Positions 1 to 8,590 of a stretch of 64,000 nt of DNA are shown piece by piece. The notes below the pieces were generated by a model that was not told the DNA's origin, searched no databases, and saw only the letters and a list, made by a program, of their open reading frames with translations. Made by a program: the position numbers and the translations under genes. Source of the DNA: Minisyncoccia bacterium (lineage in GTDB: Bacteria > Patescibacteriota > Minisyncoccia > Phycocordibacterales > UBA9973); assembly GCA_039809245.1 (NCBI GenBank), contig JBDHUP010000003.1, forward strand, positions 41,069 to 105,068. The letters are read 5' to 3'. Every line of letters begins with the position of its first letter. Position 1 is the stretch's first letter.

Positions 1-180
1 AGACTAGATAAATTAAAGAAAGATATTATACCAGAGAGTATAATGATCCTTGCTAAAAAACGAGAGGAAGCTCGAGCAAACAAAAACTGGGCTAAGAGTG
101 ACGAACTCCGAGATAAAATTAAAGATCTAGGCTATGAAGTCAAAGATTCTGACACTGGCCCTAAGATATCTAAAATATAA
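1..180 (+). CDS. cysS: Cysteine--tRNA ligase, C-terminal fragment (window edge)
   Basis: My translation of frame 1: ...KREEARANKNWAKSDELRDKIKDLGYEVKDSDTGPKISKI*, the typical CysRS anticodon-binding C-terminus (R..AR..K.W..SD.LRD). Confidence 0.88.
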   Translation, partial: RLDKLKKDIIPESIMILAKKREEARANKNWAKSDELRDKIKDLGYEVKDSDTGPKISKI

Positions 181-182
181 TT

Positions 183-1802
183 TTATTTAATCGCGTCTAA
201 TTGGAATGAGAAAGTAGATCCCTTACCCATACCTTCTGAAGTCACATCTACTGTGCCTTTATGAGCTTCGATAATTTGTTTAGCGAGATATAATCCGAGC
301 CCAGAACCTCCTGTGTTCATACGAGCGCCATCACCACGTGCGAATTTTTGGAATAGAGTTGCCTTTATTTCCGGTGTCATACCCATACCAGTATCTTTGA
401 CAGCAAACATAACCTTGTTTCCAGATTTTTTAACAGATACATTTATACTCCCTCCTTCAGGTGTATATTTTATAGAATTATCAATAAAGTTTAGAACTAC
501 TTGGCGAATCTTTTCCCTATCACCATTTACAGTACACTCTTCATCTTTATCTGATTCAAAGTTAAGCTTTAATCCTTTTTGCGAAGCAGTGATAGAAAGA
601 TCTTTAGACATATCACGTGCTATTTCTGAAAGAGAAAATGGTGTCATTTCATACTTCATACCACCGCTTTCAATCTTTGAAACGTTAAGGAAGTCTTCAA
701 CAATCTTGGTTAGATTCATAGTTGACTGGAAAATACGCTCAACTGCTTCTTTGGCTTTTGGATTAACTTCTCCGAAATCCCCTTCGATAATCATAGATGA
801 ATACCCCTTCATTGCAGTAAGTGGACTCCTAAGCTGATGTGAAGCAAGCGACAAGAATTCTGTTTTTAATTTATCCAAATCTTTAAGTTTATCATTAGCA
901 TCTTCAAGCTTTAAATTTGATTCCTCTAGTTTCATCCTTAATATTTCTAACCTTTCTCTCTGCTCAACTTCTTTTAATACACTTTTTACCAGAAGAACAC
1001 TTAAGAAAAGAAATGTTACAAAAAGAATTATGTTAAATATAAATTGAAAAGTTGTTTGAGAAAGGAAAGTTTGCACTAATGTAGCTGAAAGTAAAATAAA
1101 AGCCATTATTTCTGTAGCAAATGCTTTTACATTTAGTAGTCTATATTTCATAATTGAATAAGCTATACCGACAATTGTTGGTATCATAAACGCAGGTCCA
1201 TATAAAATAAATGAAGAATTACCTGTTGTATTTATGAGAATAAAATTTGTAGCAATAAGAAGTACATAGCTTGTAATAAATCCTATAAGCATAACTTGCC
1301 AACTTCTCTTCTCTTTTTGACTAGCATTAAGATATTTTTTAACAATTTCAAATATACTAAGCAAAAGAAGTCCAATTACAAATACAGCAAAAATAGGAAT
1401 AAGTTTGCCAGGGACAGGAACTGAGACTGATCCAACTAATCTAAGACTACTGAAAACACTTGGAGAGAGAGTCAGCCCCATAACTATTAATCCCAGTGTT
1501 CCAACAATAATGATCATCTTTTTTGAAATGATAAGATTTTGATTTGGAAAATTTTTAACAAAAAAGTAAAAGAAAACTATATGTGGAACAGCGAAGAAAA
1601 GGACTAATCTTGCCCAGAAAATTTGATCGACAAATATTGGATTGAGGGAAAAGTAATTTGCAAACGACCATAAAACAGTAGAAAGGCTTATGGCTTCGAA
1701 AAATCTGTTTGATACGCTTTTTCTATCATGATATACAGTAATGATACCTATATATAAAATGGCAAAACTTGCTATTAATGTAAAAATAAAGCCTGTATTC
1801 AT
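183..1802 (-). CDS. Membrane sensor histidine kinase, HisKA_7TM-type N-terminus + HisKA + HATPase_c
   Basis: About 8-9 hydrophobic helices in the first 275 aa; H-box SLASHQLRSPLT; N-box NFIDNSIKYT; G1 DTGMGM; G2 GGSGLGL. Confidence 0.93.
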   Translation of the reverse strand: MNTGFIFTLIASFAILYIGIITVYHDRKSVSNRFFEAISLSTVLWSFANYFSLNPIFVDQIFWARLVLFFAVPHIVFFYFFVKNFPNQNLIISKKMIIIVGTLGLIVMGLTLSPSVFSSLRLVGSVSVPVPGKLIPIFAVFVIGLLLLSIFEIVKKYLNASQKEKRSWQVMLIGFITSYVLLIATNFILINTTGNSSFILYGPAFMIPTIVGIAYSIMKYRLLNVKAFATEIMAFILLSATLVQTFLSQTTFQFIFNIILFVTFLFLSVLLVKSVLKEVEQRERLEILRMKLEESNLKLEDANDKLKDLDKLKTEFLSLASHQLRSPLTAMKGYSSMIIEGDFGEVNPKAKEAVERIFQSTMNLTKIVEDFLNVSKIESGGMKYEMTPFSLSEIARDMSKDLSITASQKGLKLNFESDKDEECTVNGDREKIRQVVLNFIDNSIKYTPEGGSINVSVKKSGNKVMFAVKDTGMGMTPEIKATLFQKFARGDGARMNTGGSGLGLYLAKQIIEAHKGTVDVTSEGMGKGSTFSFQLDAIK

Positions 1803-1803
1803 A

Positions 1804-3249
1804 TTAATTCTTCTTTACCCAATTATGCTTTGATTTCCTTGTGATAAATTTTTCATGACCAAATGGTACTAACTTTATTACTGGCAGGGCTTTCTCGTGT
1901 ATAGAATTATAAAGTTTTCTGTATTCTGTATTTAGTTCAACTAGATGTTTTAATATTGATTCAGAAATAATTTTATTAGTTTTTTCTGATACGGATACAT
2001 GTTGTTTTAATTCAATCTCTATGTTAAATATTTGTTCTCTAAAGTCACTAGACTGTTCTACTTGAACTATATACTTACCAGTTACTAGCGGAATAACTTC
2101 ATCATCTTCAAGACCAGCCTTTATGTTTTCAGGATAAATATTTAATGCATAGAAAGTAACCAATACATCATTCCTACCTTTAAGTATTAGTATTGAACCT
2201 TTCCATTTGTTTATATACTTTTTTATCTCGCTGTTGTATCCATGTCTCTTAAGTATCGCTTTAACTTGAGTTTGCGATAAAAGAGTTCCATGGTCCTTTA
2301 TATTATATCTAATTAATGGAATACCTGCCATTGCTGTGAAAACTAATTCACCATTTATTATTTCAAAATACGTTTTATGAGGATAATACATAACGGTTGT
2401 TGGAATGAACGACATTGGTCCATACAGTTCTTTTTTTAAACTTGTATCTTTAAGTGATAATTTTCTTAGTGTTATTGTAAGTGGAGTTTCGTGACCTATT
2501 GCTCCTGCATCAGCAGTACCATATATAGATATAGTACGAAATTCATCTTTAGGAGTATGCGTGATTTTATGAACTAATTCACGCCATTTTTCTGAAAAAT
2601 TCTCACCTGCAAGTATAAAATACATGTCCAACTTCTTGAAATTTACACCAGTAGCTTCTGCGTCAACAATGATATCCATTAAAAAAGGTGGGTATCCGAA
2701 TAAAATTAATGAATCAAAACCTTCTGTAAAATTCTTAAGCACTGATATAGTATCATTTACATCTATCCCAGGAGTTATAACGGTAATTTGAAATCCCTTT
2801 TTCCTTGCAACTTCTCTTATTGACGCCAAGGTAAATGTGCCTGCTATCCAGTTCCCCATAGAAAAACATATAACTACAAGTACCTTTTTGCCTTTTAATT
2901 TAAAGATATCTTGCAATATAATATTATGAAAAACTCCACCCCAAACTTCATGTTCATCATCTCGCGGCCAATAGAATGGCTGTCCTGAAGATCCAGAACT
3001 AGCAGAAATCATCGCTGGTACCTTATTATTAGGTAGCAAATCAGTAAAATTATGAGCTCTTAGGTAATTATTTTTGTCGGTAATTGGTAATGTTTCAAAG
3101 GCTTCTCGTGTTTTTATTAAGTTTGGTTTGATACCATATTTTTTAAGAAAATCTCTATAAGCTTTTACTTTTTTTACTGCAAATGAAAATGTTTCTATTG
3201 GTAAAAATTGTGATTTATTTGTGTTTTGCTTTTTTCTTTTTTTGTTCAT
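1804..3249 (-). CDS. Phenylacetate-CoA ligase (PaaK)-like adenylate-forming enzyme
   Basis: ANL P-loop SSGSSGQP, YGTADAG, PLIRYNIKD and GR motifs of the PaaK/F390-synthetase family; true substrate unknown. Confidence 0.82.
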   Translation of the reverse strand: MNKKRKKQNTNKSQFLPIETFSFAVKKVKAYRDFLKKYGIKPNLIKTREAFETLPITDKNNYLRAHNFTDLLPNNKVPAMISASSGSSGQPFYWPRDDEHEVWGGVFHNIILQDIFKLKGKKVLVVICFSMGNWIAGTFTLASIREVARKKGFQITVITPGIDVNDTISVLKNFTEGFDSLILFGYPPFLMDIIVDAEATGVNFKKLDMYFILAGENFSEKWRELVHKITHTPKDEFRTISIYGTADAGAIGHETPLTITLRKLSLKDTSLKKELYGPMSFIPTTVMYYPHKTYFEIINGELVFTAMAGIPLIRYNIKDHGTLLSQTQVKAILKRHGYNSEIKKYINKWKGSILILKGRNDVLVTFYALNIYPENIKAGLEDDEVIPLVTGKYIVQVEQSSDFREQIFNIEIELKQHVSVSEKTNKIISESILKHLVELNTEYRKLYNSIHEKALPVIKLVPFGHEKFITRKSKHNWVKKN

Positions 3250-4288
3250 ATATTTTCTGTTCAGCTAATTTATTTGCAATTTCAAGAGGTGGAAGATCTA
3301 ATTTTCTAGATGAGACTATAAGACTCTTAACAGTTTTACCTATTGCGTCTACTCTTTTATCTACACGACTCTTATTGTAACCTTTCTTATCGAGTTCATC
3401 AACAATATGTATGAGGCCACCACTATTTACAACATAGTCTGGTATATAACAAACCCCCATCTTATGAAAGACTTCTGCAAGAGAATCATCCGCTAGTTGA
3501 TTATTTGCACCACCTATAATGACTTTAGATTTTATTTCACTTATATTCTTTTTTGTAAATTCATTACCAAGAGCGCACGGCATGTATACATCCACAGGAA
3601 ATTTATGAATATATTTAGGGTTTACCACTGTAACATTAGGAAATCTTTTTTGTATATACTGAACTTTCTTTTTATCTATATCTGATATATAGATTTTAAC
3701 TCTATCTTTATATAACAATTTTACTAAACCCTCTCCTATTTTTCCGAGACCTTTAATAGCAACTGATATATCTTTCTTCTTTTTATTTTTAAAAAATAAA
3801 GGTGCTGCAGCCCATAATGATACATAAATACCTAATGATGCTATTTCAGAGGTAGTTCTTTTATTTCCGTTACCTTTTAGTATATATGGTGTATGTTGTG
3901 ACATAAAAATAACATCAGAATCAGAAATACCAACATCTGTACCAGTTGTATATTTACCTTTAAATGAATCTATAACTTTTGCATATGATCGTAAGAGTTC
4001 AGTTTTTTTCATTTTCTGGTTCGCAATAATTACTGTTTTTCCTCCACCGAAAGGTATCCCAGATATAGCACATTTGTAACTCATTGCTTTTGATAACCTT
4101 AATACATCAGTTAATGCTTCATTTTCTGATTTATATGGATATAATCTTGTTCCACCAGTGGCAGATCCAGGTCTGATATTATGCCAAGCTGAAAAACCTT
4201 TAAGGCCTGATGCTTTATCTTCAAAACGAAATACTTGTTGATGCTTATCAAATGCTTTGTTTTTCGATACGTTAATTTTCTTAATCAT
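3215..4288 (-). CDS. Glu/Leu/Phe/Val dehydrogenase family (Leu/Phe dehydrogenase-like)
   Basis: GGTR, LRLSKAMSYK, catalytic GGGK, TGTDVG, Rossmann GLGKIG, GGANNQL, PDYVVNSGG. Confidence 0.9.
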   Translation of the reverse strand: MIKKINVSKNKAFDKHQQVFRFEDKASGLKGFSAWHNIRPGSATGGTRLYPYKSENEALTDVLRLSKAMSYKCAISGIPFGGGKTVIIANQKMKKTELLRSYAKVIDSFKGKYTTGTDVGISDSDVIFMSQHTPYILKGNGNKRTTSEIASLGIYVSLWAAAPLFFKNKKKKDISVAIKGLGKIGEGLVKLLYKDRVKIYISDIDKKKVQYIQKRFPNVTVVNPKYIHKFPVDVYMPCALGNEFTKKNISEIKSKVIIGGANNQLADDSLAEVFHKMGVCYIPDYVVNSGGLIHIVDELDKKGYNKSRVDKRVDAIGKTVKSLIVSSRKLDLPPLEIANKLAEQKIYEQKKKKAKHK

Positions 4289-5366
4289 ATTTATTTACAG
4301 AAGTACCGTCCAACTTTATTTCGTATCTTCCAGATTTTAGGTCTTCATTTAATAAAATTTTCTTAGCGAAATGTGTAAGCGCTGCTCCACGTAGGAAAGA
4401 TGATTCAGCTACTTGTGGAATGCTAGCAATAGTCAAACCAACTTCATCAAAAGATGAGTTTAATTTACTATCTAAATACTCTTTACCCATAAAGTCTTGC
4501 AGAAGTTCTACTCTATCTCTAAAAGTCCCTTCTCCTGGTTTGATAGATTCAATTTTTGAAATTACTTCATCTTTTAAATATCCAGATAAAAGGGGTAAAT
4601 CACCATCTTTATCGTAACGCTCCACATCTATAATGACATGGTCACCACTACCAGTAACCATAAGTACTGGTATTTTTAATTCTCGAGCCATTTCACGAAT
4701 CTTTATTTTATACCTAAGATTATCCATTTCTTCAATAAGAAGATCAACTCTTTTATCACCTAAAAACATCTCGATATTTTCATCTGTTATACCTTTTTCA
4801 AACATATCTATTTGCACAAATGGATTTATTTCATACATTTGCCTTGCAGATATATATGCTTTATTTATATTAAGATCAGTAAGCCCAGCACGAAATCTAT
4901 TTAAATTTGAGACCGATAATGGGTCAAAATCGGCAAGCTTCATATGTTCACCAATTCCTTCAAGAGTAAGGCAGACGGCTCCAGGGTTTCCCACGTTAAG
5001 GCCAGCTATAGCTATTGTTTTATTCTTTAGAATTTCTTGTTCTCTTTCTGTAATAAGATTTTTATTACGTGACATGCGTAATTTTTCATACTTATCTCTA
5101 TCTAAAATACGCACAGCTGTATTCTTCCAAGCAAAATATATCCAAACTCCTTCTTTATCGCTAACTTCTGGTATATCTGGATTAGTTAGGGCTTTGTGTG
5201 AAATTAAACTGGGATCCTCCACTAGAGATAACTCGTGTTTCTGATCTGCTAACGTATCTATTTTTGTAATTGATTTATTAACACTGCAAAGATCATTAAA
5301 AAGATCCATTTCTTCTTTTATAGAGCAATTAAATATTTTAGGTTTAAATTTTATATCATTATTCAT
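4281..5366 (-). CDS. ThiF/E1-like adenylyltransferase, Rv1355c/MoeY-TyzB type
   Basis: WIYFAW...RNKNLIT.REQ..L N-terminal signature, AGLNVG, LADFDPLSVSNLNR, DLLIEEMD, DVERYD. Confidence 0.85.
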   Translation of the reverse strand: MNNDIKFKPKIFNCSIKEEMDLFNDLCSVNKSITKIDTLADQKHELSLVEDPSLISHKALTNPDIPEVSDKEGVWIYFAWKNTAVRILDRDKYEKLRMSRNKNLITEREQEILKNKTIAIAGLNVGNPGAVCLTLEGIGEHMKLADFDPLSVSNLNRFRAGLTDLNINKAYISARQMYEINPFVQIDMFEKGITDENIEMFLGDKRVDLLIEEMDNLRYKIKIREMARELKIPVLMVTGSGDHVIIDVERYDKDGDLPLLSGYLKDEVISKIESIKPGEGTFRDRVELLQDFMGKEYLDSKLNSSFDEVGLTIASIPQVAESSFLRGAALTHFAKKILLNEDLKSGRYEIKLDGTSVNKYD

Positions 5367-5368
5367 AA

Positions 5369-6346
5369 TTATGTGATAATTTTTTTCTCTATTGGATGAC
5401 GTGGAGTGACTCTATGGTCACCCTTTATTTCACCAATAGCAAACATAAACTGAGGTCGATCTTTTGTATTTACTACTTGTTGAACTTCTCTATATAAGTC
5501 ACCCATTTCGATTGAACCCACATAAATAGAAGTCTGTAAGCCTTGAGATTGTGCGCGTAGCATCAGTCTCTCAGCAAGACGACCAACATTTATCCAAGTT
5601 TCTTTTGTATTGGGACCAGAAATAACTGAAATAAGTGGAGCTGATGAAAGACTTTCTAAATTCTTTTTACCCAATATTCGGCCTACATTAAAAAATCTAA
5701 TCAAAATAGGAATAATTAACGAAACAACTAGAGGCATCTTTAGAGAATATCCTGGAAGTCCTTGTTTTTTGCTTGAAAGATTACTATTCATCCAATGATA
5801 CATTTCTTTTCTAAATGCAATACTTTTATAAGCCAAGAGCATAGCACGCTGTGTTAGAAGTGCTACATTCTTAATCTTTTCTTTATCTTCAACCAGAGTT
5901 AGATCGATACTAAATTGTTTAAAATTTACAACTTCTCCAAGTAGAGCTGTTTGAATATCATTACTCACAAGATTTGATTCAAAAATTCCTCTCGCGTTAA
6001 CACGTGTCAGTATAGTATCAAATAACAGTTTATCTTTTAAAGATATTGGAACTGAAATATTATTCAATGCTATAACTGCAACTTTATGAAGACTATCATC
6101 GATAGAAATTACTATCTCAGCTTTAAAACCTAGATTCGAAGCAGCTAAAGATAAATTCTCTAACATGCAACCCATACTTATGAATAAATCGCGACCTTCA
6201 CTATCGGCTTGAGGCAAAAATAGGTCAGGGTTGTAATAAACTTCTATAACATTATCTGTAATTTTAAAAAGCCATGGCTGGCTGTTGTGAGTAGAAGGCG
6301 CCCTTGTGGCGAGCGTTAGGATTTCTAGGATTTTAGTCTTTTCCAC
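5369..6346 (-). CDS. Nitroreductase-superfamily FMN oxidoreductase (Acg/TyzC-like two-lobed type)
   Basis: APSTHNSQPW, SMGCMLENL, R..R FMN-binding motif (TRVNAR), W...GR..ERL.L; GTG start. Confidence 0.85.
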   Translation of the reverse strand: MEKTKILEILTLATRAPSTHNSQPWLFKITDNVIEVYYNPDLFLPQADSEGRDLFISMGCMLENLSLAASNLGFKAEIVISIDDSLHKVAVIALNNISVPISLKDKLLFDTILTRVNARGIFESNLVSNDIQTALLGEVVNFKQFSIDLTLVEDKEKIKNVALLTQRAMLLAYKSIAFRKEMYHWMNSNLSSKKQGLPGYSLKMPLVVSLIIPILIRFFNVGRILGKKNLESLSSAPLISVISGPNTKETWINVGRLAERLMLRAQSQGLQTSIYVGSIEMGDLYREVQQVVNTKDRPQFMFAIGEIKGDHRVTPRHPIEKKIIT

Positions 6347-6352
6347 ACATAC

Positions 6353-6361
6353 ATTATAACA
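6353..6361 (-). promoter_or_regulatory. Extended -10 promoter (TGtTATAAT) of the five-gene operon, 6 nt before the GTG start
   Basis: Minus strand reads TG-T-TATAAT-gtatgt-GTG. Confidence 0.6.
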
Positions 6362-6402
6362 TTCAGTGTTTATTAAGTATAGTTCTAAACTTTAATAATA
6401 AA

Positions 6403-6431
6403 TTGCAAAATAAACCTATTTTTTGTACTAT
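6403..6431 (+). promoter_or_regulatory. Sigma70-type promoter of speB
   Basis: TTGCAA-17nt-TACTAT, 6 nt before ATG 6438. Confidence 0.6.
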
Positions 6432-6437
6432 ACGTAA

Positions 6438-7328
6438 ATGACTAAATCCATTTTAAATGAAAAAAATACAGAAAATGCTGATGTAGTAATAGTAAGTGCA
6501 GCATATGAAAAAACAGCTTCTTCTAGAAAAGGTACTATTGATGGGCCGAAAGCTATACTGAAATGTTTGGATAATAAACTTGAATTTTTTGATCGTACTT
6601 ATAAATGCGAAGTTAATAACTTTCTGAAAGTTGCTGAGAAGGATCTAGGAAGAATAAGTAAACTTAGTCCTGAAAAAGCATTAGAGAAGATTACAGAAGA
6701 ATGTGAAAAACTAGTAAGCGCCGGAAAGTTCGTATTTTTGCTTGGCGGTGAACACTCAGTGTCACTTGGTCTTTTCCAAGCACTTGCAAAGCACATAGAC
6801 CCTAAAGACACTACAATAGTACATATAGATGCTCATTGCGATCTTCGTGATACAGATGACGACTATAGCGACCATCCATCTAAATACGCTCACTCTTGCG
6901 TTTTGCATCGAGGTAATGAGCTTGGGTATAAACTTGTCCAAGTTGGAATCCGCACATACTCTGTAGATGAGTATAACTACTTCAGTGACCCAAAGAATAA
7001 TATTACTGTATTCGAATGGGGCAATGGGAATAAAGTTCCAACAGTAGAGGAAGTATTAGCATCCATAACAACTAAAAATATATATCTGACCATCGACGTA
7101 GATGGCTTTGACCCTGCTTATATGCCAGGAACTGGTACACCAGTCCAAGGCGGGCTTGAATGGTGGTATGGAATGGAACTAATCCAAAAGCTTGTAACTA
7201 CTAAAAATCTTATCGGTGCAGATATAGTAGAAGTTTCCCCTATGCGCGATTCAGTTCTAACTGAATACGGCGCAGCTCAACTTTGCTATACAATCATCGC
7301 AAATAAATTTAGAGATAAACTTAAATAA
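6438..7328 (+). CDS. speB: Agmatinase (ureohydrolase)
   Basis: GGEHS, DAHCD, DVDGFDP...PGTGTP..GG, DIVEVSP metal-binding motifs. Confidence 0.9.
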   Translation: MTKSILNEKNTENADVVIVSAAYEKTASSRKGTIDGPKAILKCLDNKLEFFDRTYKCEVNNFLKVAEKDLGRISKLSPEKALEKITEECEKLVSAGKFVFLLGGEHSVSLGLFQALAKHIDPKDTTIVHIDAHCDLRDTDDDYSDHPSKYAHSCVLHRGNELGYKLVQVGIRTYSVDEYNYFSDPKNNITVFEWGNGNKVPTVEEVLASITTKNIYLTIDVDGFDPAYMPGTGTPVQGGLEWWYGMELIQKLVTTKNLIGADIVEVSPMRDSVLTEYGAAQLCYTIIANKFRDKLK

Positions 7329-7332
7329 AAAA

Positions 7333-7354
7333 AGGATAGCATACATGCTATCCT
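7333..7354. terminator. Intrinsic terminator hairpin between convergent genes
   Basis: aggatagcat-ac-atgctatcct preceded by an A-run. Confidence 0.65.
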
Positions 7355-7376
7355 AACTTTTAATCTTAATTCTTGA

Positions 7377-7877
7377 TTAAAGAATATCTAATACTTTTAC
7401 CTGCTGAATTGAACTTCCTACCTGTAGTGAAAATGATTCATTTTTTTTCTTTCCAAGAAGAGCCATACCTAAAGGAGAGCTGGGTGTGATACAGATTAAT
7501 TTCTGACCCTCATACTCAATTTTTATACCAGACCCGCCAGGAAGTAAAAAATAATTTTCGTTGGTTGTGCTTTTCTTTTGAATAACAATTATTGCACCTA
7601 ATCTTGATTCAGTCATTGGGCCAAGCTTAGTGGAATTATCTGAATCAAATCTTCTCAAAAGATTCAGTTCATCAACCTTGTTATTGAATGCCTTATGTGC
7701 AACATCTACTACTGCAGTAAGTTGTGATCTTGTAGTGTCACTATGGGACTGCATTGCACCAGGCGCATCGTTGATGGCGCTATTCGTACCAGTTAATGAT
7801 TCACCCAGAGATTTTACCCTCTGATTTAGAGATTCAATGGCTTTAGATAGTATTGCTCTTTTATCCAAGTTTTTCAT
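7377..7877 (-). CDS. GreA/GreB-like protein (coiled coil + Gre C-terminal domain)
   Basis: C-terminal ITPSSPLGMALLGKK motif; N-terminal coiled coil with tip APGAMQSHSDT instead of the canonical GDLSENAEY. Confidence 0.72.
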   Translation of the reverse strand: MKNLDKRAILSKAIESLNQRVKSLGESLTGTNSAINDAPGAMQSHSDTTRSQLTAVVDVAHKAFNNKVDELNLLRRFDSDNSTKLGPMTESRLGAIIVIQKKSTTNENYFLLPGGSGIKIEYEGQKLICITPSSPLGMALLGKKKNESFSLQVGSSIQQVKVLDIL

Positions 7878-7985
7878 TTTCTTTAATTTTTTAGTTTGAT
7901 CTATTATAGCAGTAATATACTAAATGTCAATATCACTCCATAAAAATTTTCATATCTTTAGATTATTATGTTATAATATAGAAAT

Positions 7986-8558
7986 ATGCAGAAAGAAATT
8001 GAAGCAACTTTTCTATCAGTTAATAAAGAATTAATTAGAGAAAAACTTGAAAATAATGGATTTAAATTAAAATACCCTGAGTATTTAATGAGAAGAAAAA
8101 CTTTTGATTTCCCGAATAAAACCCCTGGTATCAATAAATGGGGACGTGTAAGACAGGAATTCAATAAAGTTACCATGACAATAAAAGAGATGAGGGGAAC
8201 TGGTATAAATGATGTTTTCGAAAGTGAAATTATCGTTAATGATTTCGATAAAGCTACTGAATTCTTTGAAGCATGTGGTGTTTTCATGAAAGCATTTCAG
8301 GAAAATATGCGTGAAGTATGGACTAATAGTACAGTAGAAGTAACCATAGATACATGGCCTGGATTGAAACCGTTTATAGAAATTGAAGGTCAGACGGAAG
8401 AAATAGTAAGAAATATATCAGAGAAATTAAATTTTGATTTTAAAGAAGCTGTTTTTGGAAGCATAGATTTAGTATATGAAAAAGAATTAGGAATTTCAGC
8501 AAAAGAAATCATTAGTATGCCAGAAATTACATTTAAAAATCCTCCTAAATCAAAATAA
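7986..8558 (+). CDS. CYTH-domain (triphosphate tunnel / class IV adenylate cyclase-like) protein
   Basis: EIE start motif, RVR...MTIK, ENMREVW, IDTWPGL..FIEIEG. Confidence 0.85.
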   Translation: MQKEIEATFLSVNKELIREKLENNGFKLKYPEYLMRRKTFDFPNKTPGINKWGRVRQEFNKVTMTIKEMRGTGINDVFESEIIVNDFDKATEFFEACGVFMKAFQENMREVWTNSTVEVTIDTWPGLKPFIEIEGQTEEIVRNISEKLNFDFKEAVFGSIDLVYEKELGISAKEIISMPEITFKNPPKSK

Positions 8559-8559
8559 A

Positions 8560-8587
8560 AACAAGGCGTCAAAATTGATGCCTTGTT
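8560..8587. terminator. Bidirectional terminator hairpin
   Basis: aacaaggcgtcaa/ttgatgccttgtt between convergent CYTH and radical SAM genes. Confidence 0.65.
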
Positions 8588-8590
8588 ATT

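Noticed and set aside
1804-3249. Phenylacetate catabolism (paaK with paaX)
   Set aside because: No paaABCDE, paaG or paaZ genes are in the window; the context is biosynthetic and signalling.
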